DNA of 64,000 nucleotides, from the NCBI GenBank assembly GCA_945874355.1, contig CAMCGB010000002.1, positions 137,475 through 201,474 on the forward strand, read 5' to 3'. The translations under genes were made by a program, and so were the position numbers. Positions 1 to 8,151 of this stretch are shown piece by piece (positions within the stretch are counted from its first letter, which is position 1; every line of letters starts with the position of its first letter). Source of the stretch: an uncultured Bacteroides sp. (GTDB lineage Bacteria; Bacteroidota; Bacteroidia; Bacteroidales; UBA932). Under the pieces are notes generated by a model. The model searched no databases. It saw nothing but the letters and a program-made list of their open reading frames with translations, and was not told the DNA's origin.

Positions 1-1
1 C

Positions 2-472
2 AAATTGACCTTCCGCTTCGCCGCTTCGGACCTCGTGGATGCGGGAACTGAAGTGTACCTCACAAAGGCCACGATGAGCGGATTCTACACTAAGGGCGAC
101 TATGCAAAGGGAGGCACCGGAGCCGAGAGCTGGAGCAATCTGTCTGGCCAGCAGACTGATTATGTTCTCTTCAAAAATGCTGCAGGCGAGAAACTTAGCT
201 CCACCTTCATAGTAAAGGAAATGATAATGATTCCACAGAGCACGACCGGAATAAGCCTTAGCATCAGCTATAAAACCAAGACAGGCGAACTCGTAACTCC
301 GAAGGAGCCCGTAATCCTTTCGATGCCCGACGACTTCCGCTCCGGAAAATGGGGCAAGGGAGAGCACATCACCTACACTATGAAAATAGGCGCAGGCCGT
401 ATCCCCATCCTGTTCAACGGATCGGCAGAAAGCTGGAAGCATGAAGACGGAGGCACAATAGAAATCAAGTAA
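2..472 (+). CDS. fimbrillin-family (type V pilin-like) protein, C-terminal part; 5' end lies outside the window
   Basis: The frame is open from the window edge. The C-terminal ~150 aa resemble the C-terminus of the minus-strand paralogue 16425..17435 by eye. TAATG junction with the next pilin gene. Confidence 0.6.
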   Translation, partial: KLTFRFAASDLVDAGTEVYLTKATMSGFYTKGDYAKGGTGAESWSNLSGQQTDYVLFKNAAGEKLSSTFIVKEMIMIPQSTTGISLSISYKTKTGELVTPKEPVILSMPDDFRSGKWGKGEHITYTMKIGAGRIPILFNGSAESWKHEDGGTIEIK

Positions 473-1344
473 TGAGGGGAAAAGTCAACATAGCAGCTCT
501 TGTGCTTTCAGTTTTTGCAGCTCTCTCCTGCTCCGAAAGGGAAGAGCCTAAGAAGCTGAATGAAAGCATCTTGTTCAATGTGGCCGTGAGTCCTGCCACA
601 AAGGCCGAAGAAGGGAGCGATGCTGTCTATCCGACCGACACCCCCTTTGCCGTGTGGGCAGAAGGGAGCGACGGAACTGTGCTTCTGGACAACACCCCCT
701 GCGAACTGACGGACAGGAGTTACTGGCAGCCTGTGGGCGGTATGCTGTGGCCCCGGAAAGAAACCTCTTACCTCTTCTACGCCGCATCACCCTTCGGAAG
801 GGCTTCGTACAGCGAACGCGAGGGTATCACTTTCCCCGACTATAAACTCTCTGAAGGCATAGACCTTCTTTATACAGAGCCCGTAAGCAGCAACAACAAG
901 CACTGGTCCAACGGTGTAGTGCCTCTGGAGTTCAAGCACGCGCTCGCGACTCTCCGCTTCTCGGCCCGTGTCACATCGATGCCCAATGCGGTGGTCACTG
1001 TAAAGAAGATCAGCCTGAACGGAGTCGTAAGCGAAGGCTCTTTCTCGAGCGAACCCAAGGCAAGCTGGCGCAGCAACGATGTGAAGAGCAGCCAGACCCT
1101 TTTCGAGGGAAAGGCAGAACTGTCTGAAAATGAAATAGTTCTAAATCCCGGAACGAGGCAGATACCCCAGAACGCCCTCGTGCAGCTCAAGCTCCTGTGC
1201 GACCTGGTGAGCGGCGATGCTTTCCTTCTGGACCAGGAGTACGAGGCTTACTTCGTTCTGGAACTCAATTGCGGCAAGATAAGCCATTATCTTCTGAACT
1301 TCAGCGGAGGAGAAATCATAACTATTGAAAAATCAAAAGGATGA
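472..1344 (+). CDS. fimbrillin-family lipoprotein (type V pilin-like)
   Basis: Signal peptide plus lipobox (VFAALSC). T-K-A motif near aa 43. Paralogue of 15554..16432 (shared LLYTEP, F.HAL..(L/V)RF blocks). Start/stop overlaps with both neighbours. Confidence 0.7.
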   Translation: MRGKVNIAALVLSVFAALSCSEREEPKKLNESILFNVAVSPATKAEEGSDAVYPTDTPFAVWAEGSDGTVLLDNTPCELTDRSYWQPVGGMLWPRKETSYLFYAASPFGRASYSEREGITFPDYKLSEGIDLLYTEPVSSNNKHWSNGVVPLEFKHALATLRFSARVTSMPNAVVTVKKISLNGVVSEGSFSSEPKASWRSNDVKSSQTLFEGKAELSENEIVLNPGTRQIPQNALVQLKLLCDLVSGDAFLLDQEYEAYFVLELNCGKISHYLLNFSGGEIITIEKSKG

Positions 1345-2399
1345 GACATACTAGACACTATATATTTCTGGCCCTGAGCCTGCTGATGCTCTACTCCTGC
1401 AATGAGAAAGTGGAACAGAGCAAGCTGCGCTCCATCTCGTTCGGCTCCCAGGCCGAAGGCAGCACAGAAAGCAAAAGTATGGGAGACGGGATTGTCAGTT
1501 CAACTACGGAGACTATGCGTTCGCAGCCTTTCGGAATCTATGGGCATCATTCCAATGCTGAGGGGCAGAAGTTCGTGAAAGGAACCAACGACGTGTTCAA
1601 CACTTCCGAAGCTATGAGCGTTGCGCACGACGGCTCTTCCTGGGAGTACAACCCTCTTGCCTATTGGAGTTTTAATGACTACTACCGTTTCAGGGCATAT
1701 CACCCCTACAGCGGCAGCGCATTCACGGTGCTCCCGGCTTCCAGCGTGGACCTTATAAGTATTGATTATAAGGTAGTTAACGGTAATGAAGATTTGATGG
1801 TGGCTTTCTGGAAGGGACAGGCTACTGAGGCTGTGATTTCAAACAGGGTGCCTATGAAGTTCAAGCATTGCCTGAGCGGGCTGAAAATCAATATCGGCCT
1901 CACGGACGACTCCCGCACGGATAATATTACTGAGCTCTATATCAAGGGATTAACCCCTAACGGTACTATGCTTTACACCCACGAGAACCCGGAAGGAAGC
2001 GGCGAAGGCATCAACTACGACACTGAAGTGATGAAATGGCTCGCTTCGACTTATGACTCTGATACTGAGTTCTATAAGTGGGAAGGTAGCAAGCCGATTC
2101 CGCAGAATGTGACCGCGACGGCTTACAGCACTGCAGAGCCGGTGTTCGACGGAAAAGAGAATATGGTATTCGCTATCCCGCAGACCTGCTCTGGGGCTAA
2201 GGGCGAGACCAGGGTCTATTTCAAGACCAAAAAGGGCGGCGATGCCATCCAGAGCGTCACTCTGCCCACGACCGACTGGCTCCCGGGCCATATTTACACT
2301 TACACCCTTCTGATGGCGCCGACCTCAAAGATTGATGTACTAATAAGCATCAAGCCCTGGGAAGGAGTTGAAATCAACGAAGACATACACATCCTATGA
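1341..2399 (+). CDS. fimbrillin-family lipoprotein (type V pilin-like)
   Basis: Lipobox LLMLYSC. Paralogue of 14526..15557 (shared YRFRAYHPYSG, IPQTCS, IY.YTLL blocks). ATGA overlaps on both sides. Confidence 0.7.
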   Translation: MRHTRHYIFLALSLLMLYSCNEKVEQSKLRSISFGSQAEGSTESKSMGDGIVSSTTETMRSQPFGIYGHHSNAEGQKFVKGTNDVFNTSEAMSVAHDGSSWEYNPLAYWSFNDYYRFRAYHPYSGSAFTVLPASSVDLISIDYKVVNGNEDLMVAFWKGQATEAVISNRVPMKFKHCLSGLKINIGLTDDSRTDNITELYIKGLTPNGTMLYTHENPEGSGEGINYDTEVMKWLASTYDSDTEFYKWEGSKPIPQNVTATAYSTAEPVFDGKENMVFAIPQTCSGAKGETRVYFKTKKGGDAIQSVTLPTTDWLPGHIYTYTLLMAPTSKIDVLISIKPWEGVEINEDIHIL

Positions 2400-4045
2400 G
2401 AAAGATTATATCTACCATATTGCTAATCAGTCTGTTCTGCTCCTGCGAGAGGATTCTGCGCCCCGGTTCCGAGGGTAGCGGGGACATCGTGATTGAGCTG
2501 AGCTCCGCCCTTCAGACCAAGGCGAACGAAGCGCGGGACGGAAGCAAGATGAAAAATCTGCACATCTGGCTTGTAAGCGGCAGTAGCATCGTTGATTATC
2601 TGTATTGCAATGTGGATTATATGGATTATAAAGATGAGAATACGAGTTACTGCCAGATTTCGGCTGAGGATGAAGGGGCTACTGCCAAGGCCCTATTCAC
2701 CGGAGTGGATAAAGGTCAATATACCCTGTATTTCGTGGCTAATCTGCCTTCGAGTCTCGATGTTTTAGCTTATCAAAAGGGTGGGCATATAGACTCAAAT
2801 TTCAAGGACCATATACTTCCTTCTGTCGAGAGTTATGAGCCTCCTTACGACGAAACTTCTGGCATGCCGCTTTCGCTTGTCAAGAGCATTGATGTTGGCG
2901 CCGGAACGAACCGAATCTCGGCTCAGCTGGTGAGGACCTGCGCCCGCATAAGGCTGACGGTAAGAAACAATACAGTCGAGAACACGCTGGTTCTCAAAAA
3001 GATAGCTCTTAGCGCCGATGGTAATCCTTCTTCTGGCTACCTCTTCCCGAGAGCGGATTTCAGCAAGCCCGCTTCTGCTATGGGGCCTTTCAACTCTATG
3101 GAGCTGACTACGGAAGGTCAGACTACCAAGATTGTCATCCCTCACGGAGAGACTCATACCTACATCGACCAGTATATGTACGAGACCGGTCCCAACGGGG
3201 CTGTGAGCCTTGGTTTCGAGATTGCGGGTGGCCTTTTCGCTGACGGCATCACTTCTGCCACCATGGCCCAGGTGCCGGTAGGGTCCAGCGGGACGAAGTA
3301 TACATATACAAAAGGAGATCCGCTGTCGTCAGAGACTAAATCACTTACAACACAGTACCTTATCAAGTCATCCACAGGTGGTTACTTTTTATATGATGAT
3401 GGAAGCGGAACGCCTAAGGCCACAACTTCAACCGACGAAGAGACCCTACTAGCAGAAACTAATCCGAAGAAATACCTTTGGAGCTTTTCAGCCACTACAG
3501 GTTCGACCTATATTCTGAACTACGAAACAAGTAAATACCTGATAATCGGGACTGATGGTAGTGTTTCAATGAGAAAGACGTCAACAGATGCTTTAAGCGA
3601 TTATAAAAACGATAAAGGGTTTCGGTTTTATAACGGGACTACATCAGGCTATCTGGTTAAACAATATACAGCATACACACTTTCTGTAGGTTCTTCTACT
3701 GTTTCAATTGATAAGACCTCGGGATGGGGTTCTTCAATTACTCCTTCTTCCAATGACAATAACTACTTCCAGCTTATCCCTGTTACTATTACCGCTACTA
3801 CGGAACCAATATACGAGCTGAAGCTCAAAGACAATGACGGCAACGCGGCAGAGAAGTATTTCGACAAGACAGTCAGCAGCCTGCACTACATAGGGAAATA
3901 CGGAACCCCGATTCCGCTCAAACATATCTACCGAAACCAGGACGTCCAGATAGTCGTGAACGTCCACTATAACCCCGCTTCCGGAGTGCTCTACTTCGAG
4001 ACCTCCGACTGGGCGGATGAGTCTAACGATACTACTTTTGACTGA
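2396..4045 (+). CDS. Mfa/Fim-type pilus subunit-like lipoprotein with a central inserted domain
   Basis: Lipobox LFCSC and T-K-A motif. LHIW, YT(L/V)Y.(V/I)AN.P and GMPLSLV blocks shared with paralogue 12945..14522. Both end in NDTTFD/NETTFD. Confidence 0.7.
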   Translation: MRKIISTILLISLFCSCERILRPGSEGSGDIVIELSSALQTKANEARDGSKMKNLHIWLVSGSSIVDYLYCNVDYMDYKDENTSYCQISAEDEGATAKALFTGVDKGQYTLYFVANLPSSLDVLAYQKGGHIDSNFKDHILPSVESYEPPYDETSGMPLSLVKSIDVGAGTNRISAQLVRTCARIRLTVRNNTVENTLVLKKIALSADGNPSSGYLFPRADFSKPASAMGPFNSMELTTEGQTTKIVIPHGETHTYIDQYMYETGPNGAVSLGFEIAGGLFADGITSATMAQVPVGSSGTKYTYTKGDPLSSETKSLTTQYLIKSSTGGYFLYDDGSGTPKATTSTDEETLLAETNPKKYLWSFSATTGSTYILNYETSKYLIIGTDGSVSMRKTSTDALSDYKNDKGFRFYNGTTSGYLVKQYTAYTLSVGSSTVSIDKTSGWGSSITPSSNDNNYFQLIPVTITATTEPIYELKLKDNDGNAAEKYFDKTVSSLHYIGKYGTPIPLKHIYRNQDVQIVVNVHYNPASGVLYFETSDWADESNDTTFD

Positions 4046-4050
4046 TTGAG

Positions 4051-7000
4051 ATGAAAAGATACACCGCACTTCTTCTTACCTGCATCCTTCTGCTGGCCAC
4101 TGGCTGCGTAAAGGAACAGTTCCCGATGAGCGTTCTCGGCGAGGGCGAAGGCTGGCTCTATATGCAGTTCGGAGCCACTGACAATGTCGAAATTTCGACC
4201 AAGTCAACTCTGGACTATGGGTCTGAAAACCAGATTCTTAACATTTATGTTTTCATCTTTGACTCCTCCGGCAACAAGGTCTATGGCAACTGGCTGCAGA
4301 GTAGCGACAGGCTTGATAGTGAAAACGCTGTCAAGGCATCTTCGCGGGATAAAAGCTGGTATGTGGCAAACTCCTCCACAGACGGCACTCCCAGCCGGGG
4401 ATGCCTTAAAGTGAAGTCTCCTACTGGGAATAATCTTAAAGTCTATCTGATTACCAATCTGAATGCGGATATGGTAAAGATATCTTCCGACCTTCTCGCT
4501 TCGAGCGTAAACAACGAGAGCGACCTTCTCAAATTTACTCTCCAGCTCAACCAGTTCACAGTCAACCGCAACGCCTACTTCCCTATGTCAGGAAAGCAGG
4601 AAGGAATAAACATACCCGGAACGAGCACTGACTTGAACGCTAAATACGAATTGAAACTCAAGCGCCTCGACGCGAAAATCAAGTTCAAATTCAAGACCGG
4701 AAGCCGTCCGGACGAAAACGGGCAGGTAATCAGGCAGGATACCGACAAGGAACTGGGCTTCAAAGCCATACAGTGGAAGGTGGTCAATGTCCCCGTGACC
4801 TCGTTCGTCGTTGAGCAGGAGAATGACTCCTATATGGCAGGTCCCCACATCGCAACTGAAGAGGAGTATGCAGCCGCGGCGCCGTATTTCTTTGACACCG
4901 AATGGGTTAACTACGAAGAGTCGGAGTCTTCGGGCGATATGTCCTTCTCGTTCTATATGATGGAGAATCGCCAGACCCCCAAACACACAGCCTTGGAAGC
5001 CGACACTCCGCTTAAATCCTACAACGAGCGCAGCCGCGAGGTGAAAACCCCTGAAGGCTTGAATTCAAAGGTGCATGTCGAGTATGTGGATAAGCGCGGA
5101 AGGAATGTGAGCAAGGAAGTCAAGCAGTTTGTGAATGCCAACGATTTCTCGACCTATGTGCTGGTGGAAGGAAGGGTGGATATGCAGCTTAATGACGACG
5201 ACAAGGGAAAGGTGCTGGGCGCTGATGTGACCTATATGATCCATCTGGGGAACTGGAACGCGACTATCAATAATAACGACGGTAAGCACTATACCGACGA
5301 TGTCTATACGGGTTTTGACAATTTCAAGACTGAGCGCAACCATAGTTATACCTACACCGTGACTGTCAATTCGGTCAATAACATCAGGGTGGAAGTTGAA
5401 GAAGACATAGAGAATCAGCCGGGAGCCACCGGGCTCGTAACCATTGCGAAGGAGGAGATTGCCCTGTGCGATGCGCATTATGTGTCTAAGACTATGACTT
5501 TCCACGCGAAGAACTTCTATAGTGTGGAGGAGGGCGGCCAGCTCATTTCTACAGCCGACAAGATGACCTGGAAGGTCAAGACTCCTTTCTGCGATGGAAG
5601 CCCGCGCCAGGAGAACGGTATTGATGTGCCTGAAGGTCTTGATTATCAATGGGTTCACTTTAGGCTTAACAAGAGGAAACCAGATGACGGATCTTACTAT
5701 TCCGAGCAGAGGCGCAAGTACACCGACAGGGTGTTTGCCTCTTCGGAGACATATAGGGACGAGAAGCAGAATGCCGAGAATGATGGCACGGACGGTCTTG
5801 CGGGTTATCATAACGACGGCGCTATGAACATCATAGACCTGGTGAAGTACATCAAGGAGCAGGCGCAGCTTTATGTGGATTATAAGAATGGTGTCACCGG
5901 AACTTATACCGGGGATTTTGACAGCGGAGCCGGCGATGCGGAAGGGCCGAAGATTTGCGTAACTGTGTTTGTGGATGAGTATTACTACGATGCGAATCCG
6001 CTGACGGGAGTGAAGAGTCCTGATTTGTGGAAGAAATTTGTGAACAAGCCCGACCGTTCGATGCATATTCTGTGCGACTCCAATACGAGTAAGGACCTTG
6101 AGTCCTACTCCACGGGCTCTGTAATCAGTATCCAGCAGCATAGTATCCAGTCCATTTTCAACGATGACCCTGCGGAGACGGCCCTGACTACGGCCTGGGG
6201 GCTGGAGCATAAGGATGAGTTCCCGGATATGTGGGAGTGGGGTGACAATACTTCAGCCGGAAACACTGACCTGTTTAACGGTATGCTTAATACCTGCAAG
6301 CTCTGGGGGCTTTGCGCTTCTGACGGTACGGATTTCATTGGTACCGAGAAGTGGGCTGATTATATGGATATTGAGGTCAATAACGACACTCCGCAGATGA
6401 AGGAGGACGGCACCCACGATAGGCTTCGCTACTCTTGTATGACCCGCAACCGCGACAATAACGGTAACGGAGTCATCGACCGTGACGAAATTCGCTGGTA
6501 CACCGCCTCCATCCGCCAGCTCGTCGGAATCTATGTGGGCGAGGGAGTAATCACCCCTACTTCGCGTCTGTACAACAGAAGTCCGGAATGGAGGAACTCA
6601 GACGATAAAACCCACTGGATGCAGCACGTTGTTTCTTCTTCGTACAACGGAGGCGAGACTTTGGTTTGGGCAGAGGAAGGTATTGCAACAGGGCCCTATG
6701 GTACTGGTAATCAGGAGGGTGCAAATATTGAGATGTCCGTACGATGCATAAGAAACCTAGGAATGGAAGCGGACCATTCTTTAAGCGATTTGCCTCAGGA
6801 CTATGTCCAGAAGGAGCTTTCCGCTACTGGTGGAACGATTTACAATATGAGTTTCGTCAACAAGGCTTCGCTCCGGGACTATTCTTCAATGGAGCTTCCA
6901 GTACACTTCGAAAATGAGAAGGAGAACTACCTTTATGAGAAATTTGAAACTTCTACGACAGTCAAAGAAGGTCCAGAAGCAAAATTTGAGGCTTTCAATA

Positions 7001-7311
7001 AAAAAGTAACGGATGCGATTTCAGCCGGACAATCCAATCCATACTGTCCAGACGGATATCGAATTCCCAATCAGCGTGAACTCGCAATTATGGTTTACAA
7101 TAAACTATGTGACGACATAGAATTCAACTATGACTTTCCTTCTGATTATTCTAATGCTATGTGCAGGACAAAGTATTCTTTTGGAGCTTTAGGTGCAAAT
7201 AAGGCTGGAGCAACAGGCAAATATGGCTTTAGCTATACTCCAAGAATAATTACTCTTGCGGGGTATTCAGCCAAAACCACCCGCTGCGTCCGTGACGTCC
7301 GCGTCGACTAG
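4051..7311 (+). CDS. large pilus tip/adhesin-like lipoprotein (1086 aa) with an EF-hand-like loop and a C-terminal CP.GYR.P...RCV module
   Basis: Lipobox LLATGC and T-K-S motif. Pilin-like N-terminus (NIYVF.FD, K.Y.I.NL). DNNGNGVIDRDE loop. C-terminal CPDGYRIPNQRELA...RCVRDVRVD. Paralogue of 9673..12939. Confidence 0.7.
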   Translation: MKRYTALLLTCILLLATGCVKEQFPMSVLGEGEGWLYMQFGATDNVEISTKSTLDYGSENQILNIYVFIFDSSGNKVYGNWLQSSDRLDSENAVKASSRDKSWYVANSSTDGTPSRGCLKVKSPTGNNLKVYLITNLNADMVKISSDLLASSVNNESDLLKFTLQLNQFTVNRNAYFPMSGKQEGINIPGTSTDLNAKYELKLKRLDAKIKFKFKTGSRPDENGQVIRQDTDKELGFKAIQWKVVNVPVTSFVVEQENDSYMAGPHIATEEEYAAAAPYFFDTEWVNYEESESSGDMSFSFYMMENRQTPKHTALEADTPLKSYNERSREVKTPEGLNSKVHVEYVDKRGRNVSKEVKQFVNANDFSTYVLVEGRVDMQLNDDDKGKVLGADVTYMIHLGNWNATINNNDGKHYTDDVYTGFDNFKTERNHSYTYTVTVNSVNNIRVEVEEDIENQPGATGLVTIAKEEIALCDAHYVSKTMTFHAKNFYSVEEGGQLISTADKMTWKVKTPFCDGSPRQENGIDVPEGLDYQWVHFRLNKRKPDDGSYYSEQRRKYTDRVFASSETYRDEKQNAENDGTDGLAGYHNDGAMNIIDLVKYIKEQAQLYVDYKNGVTGTYTGDFDSGAGDAEGPKICVTVFVDEYYYDANPLTGVKSPDLWKKFVNKPDRSMHILCDSNTSKDLESYSTGSVISIQQHSIQSIFNDDPAETALTTAWGLEHKDEFPDMWEWGDNTSAGNTDLFNGMLNTCKLWGLCASDGTDFIGTEKWADYMDIEVNNDTPQMKEDGTHDRLRYSCMTRNRDNNGNGVIDRDEIRWYTASIRQLVGIYVGEGVITPTSRLYNRSPEWRNSDDKTHWMQHVVSSSYNGGETLVWAEEGIATGPYGTGNQEGANIEMSVRCIRNLGMEADHSLSDLPQDYVQKELSATGGTIYNMSFVNKASLRDYSSMELPVHFENEKENYLYEKFETSTTVKEGPEAKFEAFNKKVTDAISAGQSNPYCPDGYRIPNQRELAIMVYNKLCDDIEFNYDFPSDYSNAMCRTKYSFGALGANKAGATGKYGFSYTPRIITLAGYSAKTTRCVRDVRVD

Positions 7312-8137
7312 CCCTATCTCGTAGATTTCTCGACTCTTCCTTCCTTTTCACAAATTCCAAATATTCATTGGCATTTTGATTCATTGTATCGAGAAGATAT
7401 TGAGCCATTTCGTGCATCTGGGTTGCAAACACAACAGGGATACCATTTTCATCAACTCCATAATGATTACGGCTATTCTCAATACCGGCAGGCATTAGTT
7501 CAAATGCTTTACAAGGATTCAGGCCTCCGGCAACCAGCATCGGTCCTAATGCCTTCATCTTTTTACTCCGTGTCGCAACAGGCTCGGACAATAAACATTT
7601 CAAATCTTTTTCCGGATTATTCAAATAGCAGTAATACAACCAAATTTCAAAACAAGGGTTACTCACAATCCATTGCCCCTGCTTATCATTTGATCGGGTT
7701 TTGAATATCTTCTCCAACTGGCTATAGAACTCATCCACATCAGAAAGCAGAAAGACCTTGTCAGTAGAGTCCAAGTGATAAAGCTGACCATCTATCTTGA
7801 ACACCCCTGCGGATTGTATTTCGCTCCATCTTTCGTGCATCTGATATGGTTGTAAGCCTTGCCCTTTTTCAGACATGAAAGCTACTCTCAAAGAATGAAG
7901 TTCACGTTGCCGTATAAGTTCACGGAGAAAATCCTTCTCCCTCTTCTCACCTCCAGAAAGTACAAAGACCAGACTGGTGGAAAGGACTCCGTCTGTTTTA
8001 CAATACGCAGGAGAAACATTCAGGACTTCAGACCTGCCTCCAATGTCCTCATAGCTGCCAGTTGTAGTCTTAGGTTCAGGTTTGAATGGCGTCTTTTCAG
8101 CATTACCTTTTGAATATGTCAGATTTGATAAATCCAT
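7250..8137 (-). CDS. RloB-like (TOPRIM-type) protein, AbiLii-like partner of the upstream ATPase
   Basis: Motifs VFVLSGGEKRE (conserved Glu), LLSDVDEF (DxD) and SNPCFEIWLYYCY match the RloB-family signature as I remember it. Starts 14 nt after the ATPase stop. AT-richer than the flanks. Confidence 0.7.
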   Translation of the reverse strand: MDLSNLTYSKGNAEKTPFKPEPKTTTGSYEDIGGRSEVLNVSPAYCKTDGVLSTSLVFVLSGGEKREKDFLRELIRQRELHSLRVAFMSEKGQGLQPYQMHERWSEIQSAGVFKIDGQLYHLDSTDKVFLLSDVDEFYSQLEKIFKTRSNDKQGQWIVSNPCFEIWLYYCYLNNPEKDLKCLLSEPVATRSKKMKALGPMLVAGGLNPCKAFELMPAGIENSRNHYGVDENGIPVVFATQMHEMAQYLLDTMNQNANEYLEFVKRKEESRNLRDRASRRGRHGRSGWFWLNTPQE

Positions 8138-8151
8138 TGTCCTTTATCATA

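Noticed and set aside
5065-6210. Long antisense ORFs inside large genes, for example 5065..6210 (381 aa), 45013..46203 (396 aa), 37448..38677 (409 aa), 49928..50890, 46216..47133, 31930..32757 and 36291..37079.
   Set aside because: They lie fully within, and opposite to, genes with strong family motifs. Their products are Arg/Leu/His-rich and low in complexity with no recognisable motifs. These are typical shadow ORFs of moderately GC-rich coding DNA.
7319-7335. The sequence gtagatttctcgactc might be a fourth full copy of the dispersed repeat on the other side of the AbiL-like module.
   Set aside because: Only 9 nt (agatttctc) match the consensus and the rest of the element is absent.
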